Position numbers and translations under genes: made by a program. Below are positions 40,085 through 54,441 of a DNA stretch of 64,000 nt, piece after piece (positions within the stretch are counted from its first letter, which is position 1; each line of letters begins with the position of its first letter). Source of the DNA: Eledone cirrhosa (Eukaryota); assembly GCA_964016885.1 (NCBI GenBank), contig OZ024765.1, positions 23,498,001 through 23,562,000 of the forward strand. Reading direction: 5' to 3'. Under the pieces are notes generated by a model that was not told where the DNA came from, did not search any database, and saw nothing but the letters and a program-made list of their open reading frames with translations.

Positions 40085-43000
40085 TCATCATCATCATCAT
40101 CATCACTGTTTTACGTCCGTTCTTCCACGCTAGCATGGGTTAGACGGGTTGTCCTGTTGTGGGCAGTGTCTGGTCGGTTGACCATGCCTTGCTCATACAG
40201 GAACTGATTTGGCTTGATTTCTACAGCTGGATGCCCTTCCTAACACCAACCTCATTTACAGTGAGTGTTGGGTGCTTTTTCGTGGTGCCTACACGTCCAC
40301 TTTACAGAGTGGGCTGGGTGTTTTTTTTGCCGTGGCACCTCCACGACCACCTTGAAGTAGTGGGTGTGGGGGCATATTGTCAATATACTTCAGCTTGTAC
40401 CCATGGGAGGTTGGGTACTCTGTATTACTCCGTGACGCCAGAGGTCACGGTCGTGTGTCATCGCCTTTGAGAGGTGTAATTGGGTAAGGTCGGCTTTTAT
40501 CACCTCATCCCAGGTCATCTTGGGTCTCCCCACTCCGCGGTTTCCATTGACTTCTAGTGCTCTGCCCATTTTTATGCAGCTGTCATCCTTCATACGCATC
40601 ACATGTCCATACCAGCGTAACCGCCTCTCCTGCACGCAGCATTTGATTCCTCTTATGCTCAGTCTCTCTCTCAATTCCTTTATGCTTTGTCGTTCACGTA
40701 TATTACTATTACACATCCATCGGAGCATGCAGGCTTCGTTTCTCTCTAATCTACGTAAGTCTTCCACCTTTAGCGCCCAGGTCTCACTACCATGTAACAT
40801 TGCTGTTCGGATACACGCATCATACAGTCTGCCTTTCATTTTGAGGGAGAAGCCTTTTGTAGCTAGCAGTGGTAGTAGTTCCCTAAACTTCTTCCATCCC
40901 GTTCTTACCCTAGTTATTGTACTTTCTGAACACCCACCTCCGCTGCTAATTCGGTCACCTAGGTAGCAAAAGCTGTCTACTGTTTCTACAGAGGCCTCCC
41001 ATAGATTGGTGGTACTTGTTTCCTGTGGCTGTTTGCTGCTTGCTGTCTCAGCACAGCTGCTGCATGTGAAGCCTACATTCTTAATTAAGCTTCCTGAGAT
41101 CCCGCTACATCTCTTGTGTACCCATTGTTTGCATTTGGGGCAGAGAATGGAGTTCCTACCTACACCTTTCCTACATACTGAGCAAGGCCATTTCCCTGAG
41201 CGGATCTGGGTTCTGTTTTCTCGTCTACTTACAAGGACCTTAGTCTTTGTCATGTTGACTTTGAGACCCTTTCTTTCTAGTCCCTGCTTCCAAGTTTGGA
41301 ATTCTTTCTCTAGTTCTACCATAGATTCAGCTATAAGTGCGAGGTCATCAGCATACAGGAGTTCCCATGGGCATCCGGTCTTAAACTCCTCCGTTATTGC
41401 CTGCAGGACTATGCTGAACAGGAGAGGGCTAAGAACAGAGCCCTGGTGGACCCCAACCTGTACGCTAAATTCCTCGCTATACTCATTGCTAATCCTAACT
41501 TTGCTGACTGTTCCCCTATACATGGCTTGTACCGCTTTCACAAGCCATTCATCTACTCCTAGTTTTCTAAGAGCCCACCAGATTACTGCATGTGGAACTC
41601 TGTCAAAGGCTTTCTCAAGGTTGACAAATGCCAGGTAGAGTGGCTTACTTTTAGCTAGGTACTTTTCCTGTAACTGCCTGACAAGGAAGAGGACAACAGT
41701 GGTGCCTCTTCCTGGTACAAACCCAAATTACATCTCGTCTAGTTTCACCCGGTCCCTAATCAACTGTGCTACAACTCTTTCTGTTACTTTCATGACCTGG
41801 TCCATCAGCTTTACACCTCTATAGTTTCCTCTCTCGAGTGCATCACCTTTACCTTTGTAGCAGTTGACAATGATGCTACTGCACCAATCTTTCTGTATGA
41901 CACCTAGTATTACCTGGTTAAAAATACGTGTGGTTATAGTGTGACCTACAGACCCAGATGCCTTCAGCATCTCGGCAGCTATACCCGATGGACCGGTTGC
42001 CTTTCCCATCTTCATATCTTTGATTGCCTTACTACGCTGCTGCTGACTTGTACTGCTGGCCCCTCTATAGGGTCTACTTGGGGTAGGGCTTCTTCTTCTT
42101 CCCATGCATTCTCTTCATTTAGTAATCTATCATAATGACTCTTCCATGCATCTTTCTTATTAGCAATTGTGAGGGCAAGCTCACCTTTATCATTCCGGAT
42201 ACACTTCTCTCCAATGACATCACAATTCTCTCTGACACACTGCCTCGCAATCTTGAACACCTCCTGTTTCTGGTCCTCACGTTGCAAAACATGCTTGAAT
42301 TTTATATCCTCTGCTTCCCTCCTAGCTAAGTATACTTGTCGCCTAGCTTCCCTCTTGGTCTCTATGTAATGTACCCTGCTCCCCCCGTTCTTCCATTCTT
42401 TCCATGCCTGTCTCTTGGCCCTAACTGCCTCATCTACCTCATTGTTCCACCACCATGTCATTCTCCTCCTGCTTGAGGTCTTACTCCAGCCACAGACCTC
42501 ATCCGTCGCCTCTAGTAAGTTATTATTTAGGAACTCCCAGTTCTCTTCTACATTGAATGTCTCTATCTGTTCTTTACTGTCGTAGGCGTTGAGTAAAATA
42601 TCTTTAAATCTGTTACTGGTTGAGGAGTCTTTCAGCTTCCAGATCTTTCTTCTCCAGGTTGGCCTCTGTTTCCAGGTTCGTCTAGTTCTGACTGTGAGGT
42701 CGCTGACAACTAAGCTATGTTGGGATGTACATTCCTCACTAGGGAAGGCTTTTGTGTTTACGACCGTCCATCTGTCACGTCCTCTGATGAGGATAAAATC
42801 TATCTGACTAGAGTGCTCCCCTGATCTATAGGTGATCAGGTGGTTGTCGGGTTTTTTGAAGTTTGTGTTACATATCGACATGTCATTGGCGTCGCAGAAT
42901 TCTAGAAGTCTGAATCCTTCCTCATTTCTTGTGCCAACTCCATGGCCTCCATGGACTCTATTGAAGCCGTCGCAGTGTTTACCTACCTGTCCGTTAAAAT

Positions 43001-43505
43001 CTCCTGCGATGATTAGGAAGTCATTGTCGTTTGTTAGAGCAGTAGTGTGCATTAGGGACTCGTAAAACCTATCCTTAAGTTCGTCTGGCAACCCCGATTG
43101 GAGTGCGTAAGCTGATATTATTGTGGTAATTGTTTTATTCAGGACTAGTCTGAGTTTAATGATTGTTGCATTTACCCTGTACACTGAGATTACTTTATCT
43201 ACCCACTTGTCAGCTAGTAGTATACCTACACCACCTATCCCATCGTCATTTCCCACCCAGAAAAATTTGTAGCACCGACTTTTTCCTACAAGGACTCTAG
43301 CAGACTCTCCTCTCCATCTAGTCACTTGCACACACCATACATCAATTTCCTTTCGCTCTAGAATTTCTACGATTTCTCCTGCTCTTCCTTTCATTGTGCC
43401 CACATTGATGGTACCAACTCGGAGTTTTGGGCAGTTGTCGACACTCGTAAGGAAGGGTCTCTGGATTGGCGCTTCACATGGGTGCTTGGTAGCTCGCAGA
43501 TTCAT
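40085..43505 (-). mobile_element. Near full-length RTE LINE (APE plus RT), frameshifted
   Basis: RVGTINVGTM, AGDFNGQVG, QIDFILI, GKATGPSGI, GVHQGSVLSP, LLYADD, CYLG, WYGHV; (TGA)n tail at 40085. Confidence 0.95.
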
Positions 43506-44021
43506 ATTTCATCTATTAATTCAGAGTTGCTCAAATTTATTCTCAGCTCATCCATCCATAACGGTAGGAAAATTCAGGGCTAGAAGAACAGTGGTGGTGG
43601 GATAATGGCAGGGTGTGTTGGGCTGGGACAGGGGAGGAGAGAGTTAGTTAGGTAGTAGTAGCAGAAGAAATGGCATGCTGAGGTTTGATTGGTCGAATAG
43701 GCTATGGTGGTGTGAGGGGTGGGTGTGAGGGAAATTGTGAGGTAGGGAGAGAGGATCGTCGTCAAGATGGAAATTGGAACGAAGCCAAATCAACTCTAGT
43801 GATTCATTTTAGCCTTTCAGAATAGTGTGTCTTATCTCTTCAATAGCTTCAAGATGAGTGAGGTGGAATGGGTGAAGAGGGAACGGGAGGTAATGGGTGG
43901 CTTAGAGATAGATAGGGAGAGGGTAGCAATAATAGAGAGAGAGATAGAGAGGCGATAGCCATCATAGAGAGAGGGTCGCCGCATGGCAAAGTAGCCGATA
44001 GAATACATCAACAATAATATT

Positions 44022-44116
44022 AATAATTGTTTCTATTTTAGGCACAAGGCCAGCAATTACCCAGTACATTACTGGTACTTTATTTTATCGACCCCGTAAG
44101 GATGAAAGGCAAAGTT
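44022..44116 (-). mobile_element. SINE family 2 (Meta-domain-like) 3' half
   Basis: Reverse complement of 55545-55637. Confidence 0.75.
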
Positions 44117-44285
44117 ATAATAATAGACAGTCATGGCCTGTAGCCTTTGATGGAAAAATAGACAGAGACAGAGTCAGCATGGTAGGAGAATAACAAAGTA
44201 AATGCGTTGTGGGAGCTGAAATACCTTCATAAAATTTGTATGGATCGATGACTGGAACGAAGCCAAATCAATTCTTGTGATTCAT

Positions 44286-44349
<64 letters not shown>

Positions 44350-45599
44350 ATTCGAACGAACATAACTTAGCATTCAACATATGAAATCCGCACTCTTACA
44401 CAGACCACCGCAGAACTATAATATTCTTTAAACAGCTTCTAGCCTCCTTAATTCTATACCACAGTAATGTCTGCAAATATCTTAACCCATAAATATATCT
44501 CCTCTCGGCTGCTGTCAACACAACCTCCTCATCCTTGATTCGCCACAGATGAACTTAATTCCAAGTATATTATTTGACTACTACCACAGTCCTTGAAATA
44601 TCACCTTCCTCCTGTTGTTATAATGAACACCCCAATATATCCGTAATAGTAGTCATCATGTTCTCTCTATATATACCTTGCTTCCTTAACCTCTGTATTA
44701 ACTTACCTACTATAATGCTATTGCTGTTAGTGTTATCTTATCCATGCATGTTTTGTTATGATGCTGTGAAAGCTAAACAACCCCATGATTCGAACTAACA
44801 ATCCCTTCATCTAATATAGACCACTTAAATAATGAATCCGCTTTACACCACATAAAAATTACCATCCTCACTACAATGAAAATATTTTATCTGTCAGATA
44901 ATAAATAATTCTTACGGTCAGCAAACCTACAATAAATAAATGGTCCATTGTTTCAAGCCCCAGGTTATCTCTACACTATATATAATACACCCCATGACAG
45001 CTTTTACATGTCAATTTCATACATCTGCTTCATATCAGCTCATTTTACATGCTAAAGTCATCAGTATACTCTATTCCTTACTTAGATTGATGTTGTGATT
45101 ATTTTAACTATTTACTGTCTAGCTAATTTATTTGAGTACTGTTGGTATTGTTAGTACTGTTATTATTGTTCTGATTTAATGCCACTACTATATATAGAAG
45201 CAATGCCTGTGTATTCCCTTCAATCTCGCATGCTCTGATGAATAGACTGGTTATAACAAAGTATTGGTGATCAATTGACGCAGAAACAGGCGGGTAGCAA
45301 TCTCTAGACCTACCAGTTCAAAGAAACAATTGTCAGCAATGTGAATAAAGCCCTTATTGTATAGCAAACCATGTCACTTTTCTTTCTTGATTTATTATTA
45401 CTCCAAGTGTAATCTACATAGAAATCACCGCGTACTCGCAGCATCACTATGGAAACGTCTTGTTGAGTCAAACTTAGCCATGCGTTAATACTATCCACTA
45501 CTCGGAGTACCCTAACTGGACTACCTATAACAATAATTTGTTATCCCGTATACATAGCTCCCACCTGGTTGAGCAACATCATTAACACACGGCAACAAC

Positions 45600-45770
45600 A
45601 TGGAAAAGCACCGCATAGGAATGTCACTGAAAAACATACCTATACCTACAAATAGGGACTATACACTAGGCATGATACAACGGACTAATGATTTCATCCG
45701 TAGGGTCCGATGGAAGGCTTACCACTTCGACAAAGGACCAGCTATTAACACAAGTGAATTTTCTAAGGAA
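45600..45770 (+). pseudogene. N-terminus of a PLE ORF
   Basis: MSLKNIPIPTNRDYTLGMIQRTNDFIRRVRWKAYHF resembles the SLKNIPIP...FxxRxRWKA N-terminus I recall for this PLE group. Confidence 0.65.
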
Positions 45771-45900
45771 CAAACCAACAAATGTTGGTTTGTTCCACTC
45801 GCATTTTAAAGGAAAACGAGGCCCTGTATACATGTATATATATATATATATGAAAATATATATACACACACACACGTATATCTACATTTGTGTATCTATG

Positions 45901-45992
<92 letters not shown>

Positions 45993-46014
45993 TATATATA
46001 TATATTTATACAAT

Positions 46015-47905
46015 ATATTAATAAATGGAAACTATATTTATAAAACCATATTTATTTTATTATACATATTTCAAGGGCAACCAAGGCAAATTATGGTGCG
46101 CTTTCATCAGATAAAATACAGATTTGTTTTATAAATAAATATTGACATACCAGGAAAAAAAACAACCTTAACGGTTGGAGCTTCCTGGATAGTGGAGATA
46201 ATATTTTATTGAGGGTGATACAAAGTTATGAGTGAGTGTCCGAAAAGTTGAAAAGATAACGGTTTATTTAAATTAAACTGTTGGAAGAAGATGATATGTA
46301 AGGGAGAGAGAAAAAAAGAAAAGAGAGAAGAGGAAAGAAAGAACGATTATACATAGTGATAGTGGATATAGTCAGAATGAATGAAGAAATAAGTTTTAAT
46401 GGAGAAATATAGCGTAAATATATCTAAGTGAAATAAGAAATAAGATTAACGTGGAAGAATAATATTTAGAATGTAGGGTTCAATTACGTTGTGATTACAA
46501 TATTTATAATGATAGGTTGAAAAATTAGATTAAAATTAAAAATTAAAAATAAAGATTAAAATTTGCCTTAATATTAAAGATTTAATTTAATTTAAATTTA
46601 ATATTTAATATTAAAAATTAAAAATTAAAAATTAAAAATTAAAAATTAAAAAATTAAAAAAATTAAAATTAAAACAGAAGTATTTATATTATATTAAGAT
46701 GTATTAGTAATAATATATTGCTTTAGATGTTTATGTTATATGTTATGGATTATAAATTATTTAAATAAATATATAGTATTTTACATTAGAGAAAATCCAG
46801 TATAGTTTATTTTATTAAAGTAAGTTTGGCAAAATTATATTTATTAATAGTCGTAAGTCAAAACTTACACATCCAAATAATTCTAAATTTATGAAAATTT
46901 ACGAGAGTTTACAAAGGAATAACTACTTAATTATATTATAAAAACAGTAAGGAAATATAAAGGAAGTTAGAACTCAAAAGACTCCAAGGATACATAAAAA
47001 ATCTTTAAACATTTTTTATGAGAAGTCATAAATGTTATAAAGTTAAAAAGGTAAAAAGATTTTATCTTAAGAATATAGTTAGAACATAAACCATATTTTA
47101 TTTTATAAGAAGTCAAATTTATCTTAAGAATATAATTAACACATAAACCATAGGTTACTTTATAAGAAGTCATACTTGTTATAAAGTTTAAAAATTTATC
47201 TGAAGAATATAGTTAAAACATAAGCGATAAGTTATTCCACATACATATATAAATAAAACCTATATATAAAAATCATATTATTCCACATATATATAAATAT
47301 AAATATTTGGATACATATATTAAGAATGTTTGAAGATATAAAATATTGGAAGATATGAAAATAATGGTTTTTCTATATCTTTCAAAGGAACTTTCTCAGA
47401 ATTTTCTAAACTTTTCCTTAAAGGAATTTCAAGTAGTCATATAAAAAGGTTATAATCTATTGATAAGTGTAATAATATAAAGTATATTTATGAGGTAGAG
47501 ATAATAGAAAATAAATTAAATATATATTAATCATATATAGATATAATCTGGAGGATGAGGTTGTAGGTGGTCGGATATAGAAAACATTATGTAAAGGAGA
47601 TTAACCATATATTTCATTTTATATATATATCTAAAAGTTGAATTTAAACGATGTTTACAAGAACTAAATAAATTATTTCGCAAGTTAATAGAGTTCTTAC
47701 TTTTTAGTATAAAGAATATTTCTTCAACGCAAAGGGAGCAATTTTTGGATAAAGCAGTGTATGAAGGAGCTTTGCAAATAATTTCCCAAGATAAAGAATA
47801 GTTAATATTCTTGGATTTTAAGTTCCATAATAAGTTGGATAGAGAAGTTGAAGATTTTTTATCAATATTCGTAAAGGATATTTTTAAGCTTGTTGAATCC
47901 CAATA
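46015..47905 (-). mobile_element. PLE 3' fragment: end of GIY-YIG domain plus long AT-rich 3' UTR/pLTR
   Basis: 47620-47870 encodes TSLSNLLWNLKSKNINYSLSWEIICKAPSYTALSKNCSLCVEEIFFILKSKNSINLRNNLFSSCKHR, homologous to 11520-11760. Confidence 0.85.
46053..46118 (-). ncRNA. Type I hammerhead ribozyme, family B
   Basis: tattttat CTGATGA aagcgcacca-taatttgcct-tggttgccctt GAAA tatgta TA^ataaaata. Confidence 0.85.
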
Positions 47906-47929
47906 AATTAAATATAACCTCTGCGCATA

Positions 47930-47979
<50 letters not shown>

Positions 47980-47984
47980 ACTAT

Positions 47985-48650
47985 AATAACAGCAACAGCA
48001 TCGGTGAAATGAAGAACAGCAACAACGGCAGCAGCAGCAGCAACAACAACAACAGCAACAACACCATTGTCTGTGTTGAATGTGTGTGTATGTATGTATT
48101 TATATATATGTGACTACAATAACAGCAACAGCACCATTGTCTGCAGCTTCAGTGAAATGAAGAACAACAGCAGCAGCAGCAGCAGCATCAACAACAACAA
48201 CAGCAACTACAACAACAACTACAGCAACAACAGCTGCCACCACCATCACCATACTGACACCATCCATCACCTTCACCACCACCACAACCACCATCCCTGG
48301 CACCATCCACCACCACAACCACCATCACTGACACAATCCACCACCACCACCATTACCAGCGTAAAGCAAGCAATTATTATTATTATTATATAAAAACTGA
48401 ACTGGCACCGTCCACCACCACCGCCATCACCACCACTACTACCACCGCCACCATCGCCACCATCAGTCACCATCCACCACCACCACCATCACCATCACTG
48501 ACACCATCCAGCACCTCCCCCACTACCACCACCACCACGATCACTGACACTATCCACCACCACCACCATCATCACTGACACAATCCACCACCACCACCAT
48601 TACCAGCGTAAAGCAAACAATTATTATTATTATTATATAAAAACTGAACT
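47985..48650. repeat. (CAA/CAG/CAC)n low-complexity region with local duplications
   Basis: Trinucleotide runs; 48325-48405 repeated at 48572-48651. Confidence 0.85.
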
Positions 48651-48929
48651 GGACTGGGAAAAGTCAACAGTTGACATGATTTTGATTTTGTATCAGTACT
48701 GCCGGTAATATACATATGTATGTGTGTGTGTGAGTGGTGTGTGTGTTTGTATGCATGAATGAGTGTTGGTGTGTGAGTGGCGTGTGTGTTTGTAGTTTGT
48801 ATGCATGAGTGTTGGTGTGTGTGTGTGCGTGTCGTGTCAATAAGTGTTCTTTTTGTTTTGTTTCTTATGACCATGCTGTAAAATGGAGGGGTAGAGAGAG
48901 CCCTTGAGTCCAGTAAGACATCCTCTCTA

Positions 48930-51900
48930 GTCCTGGTGGCACAAATAAAAGCACCCAGTCCATGCTGTAAAGTGGCGCTGGTGTTAGGAAGGGCATCCAA
49001 CCAGTGTATCAATGCCAAAACGCTTATCAGCACAGCAACAAATAGGAACAACAACAAAATATGAAGATGTCGCATCTCAGAGTTGCAACACTTAATGTTG
49101 GCACTCTCAGAGGTAGATCTGCTGAAATAGCAGAGATGCTGGAGAGAAGGCATGTGGATGTGTGCTGCGTGCAAGAGGTGAGATGGAGAGGTGCCTCTGC
49201 GAGACTAGTCGTAGGCAAACATCTTAGTTATAAGCTTTTCTGGGTAGGTAAGGATGGTGGGTTAGGGGGAGTAGGCATTTTCCTGGCTGAGAGATGGATC
49301 AATACGACAATAGAGGTAGTTCGAGTTAGTAATCGAATAATTAAGCTTAGATTAGTTGTAGGCAGGAGACTACTGACAATCATCTGAGCCTATGCTCCCC
49401 AAGCAGGCCTAGGCAAAGATGAGAAAGACTGCTTTTACGAGCAACTTTTACAAACAACCGCAATGACAGAGGACGGAGACATCGTTATGCTAGCAGGAGA
49501 CTTCAATGGTCATGTTGGACAGCTCCAGGATGGTTACACTGGAGTACATGGAGGGCATAGTTACGGCTCAAGAAATGAAGAAGGAGTGAGACTTCTTGAA
49601 TTTCGTGATGCAAATACACTGACTATTTGCAACACAAACTTCCAGAAACCTGCCAATCACCTAATAACCTACAAATCAGACAAGCACATAAGCCAGATTG
49701 ACTTCTTACTAGTTAGGCAGCGTGACAGGCAGATAGTGTCTAATACCAAGGCATACCATGAGGAAGAATGTACCCCACAGCATAGGTTAGTCGTTAGTGA
49801 TATCTCAGTAAGCAAGAGATGGAATGAGACATACAGGAAGGTGTGGAGAAGAAAGGTCTGGAAGCTAAAATACCTTTCACTAAAATACAAATTTAGGAAA
49901 GCCCTTCAAGATGTGTATGACGAAAAAGAAGACGATTTAGAGACGTATGACATAGATAATAACTGGAATTTCTTACGTGACAACTTACTGCAGGCTACTT
50001 ATGAAACTTGTGGCTGGAGCAGAGCTCCAACCAGACAGAGAGTGACCTGGTGGTGGAACAGCACAGTAGATAAGGCCATTAGAGACAAAAGACTAGCATG
50101 GAATGCTTGGAAAAAGTGTGGGAGTAGGGAAGAATATACAGCCACTAAGAGAGAAGCTAGACGCCAGGTGTACTTAGCATGCATGGAGGCTGAGAGTAGA
50201 AGGTTTGCCAATGTTCTGCGACGGGAAGATCAGAGGCGTGCGGTGTTCCACATTGCAAGGCAGTGTGTCAATGCAAATCAGGATGTTGTTGGAGATAAAT
50301 GTGTCCGGAATGATGCCGGTGTACTTAGTGTCACGAATGATCAGAAAAAGGAGGCCTGGAATTGTCATTATGAGAGACTGATGGATGTGGAGAACGAATG
50401 GGAGAGAGAGAAATTACCCTCAGTAGATCCGACAGAGGGACCAGTACAACAAATGCCCTCTTCTTGGTGAGACAATTGCAAGAGAGGTTCTTAGAAAAAA
50501 ATAAGCCACTATACTTAGCCTTTGTTGACCTAGAGAAGGCCTTTGATAGGGTACCCCCATCTGTCAACTGGTGGTCCCTAAGGAAGCTAGGTGTTGAGGA
50601 ATGGCTTGTGAGGACAGAGCAAACTTTGTACAGAGGTACTCTCAGTAAAGTCAAGGAAGGAATGGAGTTTAGTGAGGAATTCCAGATACAAGTAGGAGTA
50701 CATCAAGGTTTGGTCCTCAGCCAGCCCTTGTTCATTATAGTCCTCCAAGCCATAACAAAGGAGTTTAAGACTGACTGTCCATGGGAACTTCTCTATGCTG
50801 ACGATCTGGTTATTATAGCAGAATCAGTAAAGGAGCTAGAGAATAAATTCTGGCTATGGAAACAGCAGTTGGGAGCAAGTGGACTGAGAGTGAACCTAGC
50901 TGAGACAAAAGTGTTGATGAGTAGAAAAGAGGACAAAACTCTGATTCCGTCAGGGAAATGCCATGTTCGATATGCAGAAAAGGAACTGGCATAAATTCTA
51001 TAAAATGCACACAATGCAGATCCTAGGTACACAAGAGATGTAGCGGGATAGCAGGCAAACTAACAGGTAGGGAGAAATATGTATGCAGTAGATGTACAGG
51101 GAAATTAGACAGTAGAAGTCGCATTGATAGACACATTTTTCAAATGCAGGCGGGTGCTATAGAAGTGGTGGATAGCTTCCGGTACCTAGGAGATCAGATT
51201 AGCATGGGAGGAGGGTGTTCCGAGGCCATAGTATCTAGAATAAGGACGGGTTGGAAGAAGTTTAGGGAGCTGCTTCCTCTGCTGACGAAGAAGGGTTTCT
51301 CCCTGCGTACGAAAGGCCGGTTATATGATGCCTGTGTGAGGAGCGCGATGCTGCATTGTAGTGAGACATGGGCAGCAACTGCAGAGGATATGCGACGGCT
51401 GGAGAGAAATGAGGCAAGCATGCTCCATTGGATGTGCCGTGTAAATGTGCGTGAACGACTCAGCATGAATGTGTTGAGAGAGAAACTGTGTCTGAGAGGG
51501 ATAGGCTGTAGTGTGCGAAAGAGGAGTCTGCGGTGGTATGGACATGTGATGAGTTGAGAGAGAAACTGTGTATAAGAGGGATAAGTTGTAATGTGGGAGA
51601 CAAGACTGAGATGGTATGGATATGTGATGAGTTGAGTGAGAAAAGGTGTCTGAGAGGGATAAGTTGTAGAGTGTGGGAGAGGAGACTGAGATGGTATGGA
51701 CATGTGATGTGTTGAGAGAGAAACTGTGTCTGAGAGGGATAGAATGTAGTGTACAGGAGAGAAGACTGAGATGGTATGGACATGTGATGTGTTGAGAGAG
51801 AAACTGTGTCTGAGAGGGATAGAATGTAGTGTTCGAGAGAGGAGACTGAGGTGGTATGGACATGTGATGCGCATGGGGGATGACCGATGGGTGAAGAAGT

Positions 51901-52104
51901 GCCAGAAAATGCCAGTTGAAGGAAGACGTGGTAGAGGTAGACCACGAAAAACATGGGCGGAGGTGGTGAGAACAGACCTCAGACCGGTGAAGTTCACGCT
52001 GGAGATGACGAAGGACCGTGACAAGTGGAGAGATGTTGTGCTGAATAGGACCCGTCCCACGCTTGCAAGCAAGGAAGAGCGGACGTAAAATGATGATGAT
52101 GATG
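48930..52104 (+). mobile_element. RTE LINE with internal deletion (~50445) and internal tandem repeat
   Basis: LRVATLNVGTLRG, VQEVRW, GDFNGHVG, DLEKAFDRV, LLYADD, RYLG, GRPRKTW; (TGA)n tail. Confidence 0.95.
51471..51869 (+). repeat. 5 x ~80-bp tandem repeat amplified from the RTE 3' coding region
   Basis: Units start at about 51471, 51551, 51629, 51709, 51789 (gttgagagagaaactg...tggacatgtgatg). Confidence 0.9.
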
Positions 52105-52273
52105 AAATATATACACATATTTATGTGTATATATGTATATATATATATATATTGACTACACCACATTCTTGGTCTAAGTATAATTTGTAATGTTATTCAC
52201 AACACTAGGAATAAAATAATTCTTGAGATATTCACTGCGAACCTGTACTCTCTCTATATTTTTTTCGGACCTG

Positions 52274-52333
<60 letters not shown>

Positions 52334-53089
52334 GTATGTATTTTTTTTATCTATTTCATATTTATGATATTTGTAATGTTATTTATACAACCAGGAATAA
52401 AATAATTCTTCTCCTAATCCTTACCATTCACTGCGAGACTGTACTTGCTGTTCGGACCTGATATATATTTACTACAGCACATTATTCGTCTAAGTATAAT
52501 TTGTAATGTTATTTATACAACCGCGAATAAAATAATTCTTACTCTAAACCTTAACATTCACTGCGAGACTGTACTGTCTTTATTTCCTGTTCCTGCCCCA
52601 CCTACTTTCGTTCATTCATTAATTTACTTCAAACTCAATCAATTCCTGTCTCTTTCTTCTATATTTTCAAGGTATTTCAACAATTTCTATCTGTTTTACG
52701 TTTCTTTCATTAATTTATTCCGTTTTATATTTAAAATATTTCTGACTAATTTTTCCCGTATTTTCTGTCTAAATATTTATATATATACTTTATATATATA
52801 AAGTATATATATATATAAAGTATATATATATGTATTCATGTATATATATGTGTATATATATTGTATATATGCATACATACGTTATACATACTAGACAAGA
52901 TAATACACCTACACATCTGATATAAGAATACGGATAGGCTATGTAGCTGGCAAAACCAAAAGTGGTGAAACACATATATTGCTATAGTGTTTCACCAGCT
53001 CTTCCTCAATCATTCATAGATGTGAGTGTATATAATAATTATTTTGTATAATGTGTCTATTTATAAATATGTATGAGTAGATGTGTGTA

Positions 53090-53572
53090 TAACTGTAGAT
53101 GTGTGTGTAACTCAATAGATGTGTATGTAACTCAGTAGAAGTGTGTGTAACTCAGTAGCTGTGTATGTAACTCAGTAGATGTGTGTGTAACTCTGTAGAT
53201 GTGTGTGTAACTCAGTAGATGTGTGTGTAACTCAGTAGATGTGTGTATAACTCAGTAGATGTGTGTATAACTCAGATGTGTGTGTAACTCAGTAGATATG
53301 TGTGTAACTCAGTAGATGTGTGTGTAACTCTGTAGATGTGTGTGTAACTCTGTAGATGTGTGTGTAACTCAGTAGATATGTGTGTAACTCTGTAGATGTG
53401 TGTGTAACTCTGTAGATGTGTGTGTAACTCTGTAGATGTGTGTGTAACTCAGTAGATATGTGTGTAACTCAGTAGATGTGTGTGTAACTCAGTAGATGTG
53501 TCTGTGTAACTCAGTAGATGTGTGTGTAACTCAGTAGATGTGTGTGTAACTCAGTAGATGTGTGTGTAACTC
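53090..53572. repeat. 20-bp minisatellite (gtaactcagtagatgtgtgt)n, about 24 copies
   Basis: Direct inspection. Confidence 0.95.
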
Positions 53573-53609
53573 GAATCTTCGGCAGGTAATTTATAGGAGA
53601 ATTCCGTTT

Positions 53610-53980
53610 ACACACATTAATGACATAGATGGCAACTTAAAGTATGTCACAGTACTGAAATATGCAGATGACATTAAGCTGTCCCTTGAGATAGAAAGGA
53701 CAGATCCTGGACACTAGATCTGGATACAATGCAGCAATGGACCACGGACTGGCAACTCAAGCTGGCTGTGTACAAGTGTACCAGCATGCATTTATCTATC
53801 TATTTAAAGCTGTATATAGCTATGGTGTGGCCACACTTAGAATTTGCATGACCTGTTTGGAACCCCTATGTTGCTCAAACATTGACCTCCTGAAAATTGT
53901 TTAGAGATGTGCAACCAAGTGAATACCCTCCATCTACCATACTCTGAATGCCTTGCCTCCCTGGGTATGGATACATTGAA
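53610..53980 (+). mobile_element. Degenerate CR1-like RT fragment
   Basis: LKYADDIKLS; VWPHLEFA*PVWNP. Confidence 0.7.
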
Positions 53981-53994
53981 GGTCTGACGTCTGG

Positions 53995-54441
53995 AACTTG
54001 CTACTTATTACACCTGAGCATCGGCCACATATAAAATCTACTTTCTTAGATAGCTGGCCTGTGTTCCCATTGCGTCTGTTATGTACCCATAGTTTGTATT
54101 TGGGACATAAAATGGAATTTCTACCTACTCCTTTCCTACACACTGAACATGGCCATTTCCCAGAGGGCACCTGTGCCCTATTTTCCTTCCTACATACTAG
54201 AACTTTAGTCTTAGACAAGTTAACTTTACGGCCTTTTGGTTCTAGGCCATGCTTCCATGTTTGGAATTTCTTATCTAGTTCAGCTGTTAGATTATCTGCG
54301 TATAGAAGATCCCATGGGCAGCCAGTCTTAAACTCCTCTGTTTTAGCCTGAAGGGCAATAATAAATAGGAGGGGGCTAAGGACTGAGCTTTGATGAACAC
54401 CAACTTTTACACTAAATTCTTCACTGTATTCATTGGTAATT
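53995..54441 (-). mobile_element. RTE RT fragment
   Basis: GVHQSSVLSP, LLYADN, WPCSVCRKGVG. Confidence 0.88.

Noticed and set aside
48067-48473. Poly-N/H/V ORFs
   Set aside because: Trinucleotide repeats with no splice or domain support
51194-52166. Repetitive minus-strand ORFs of 281-292 aa
   Set aside because: Antisense of the RTE tandem repeat
53090-53572. CRISPR-like repeat array
   Set aside because: Contiguous 20-bp units with no unique spacers; eukaryotic minisatellite
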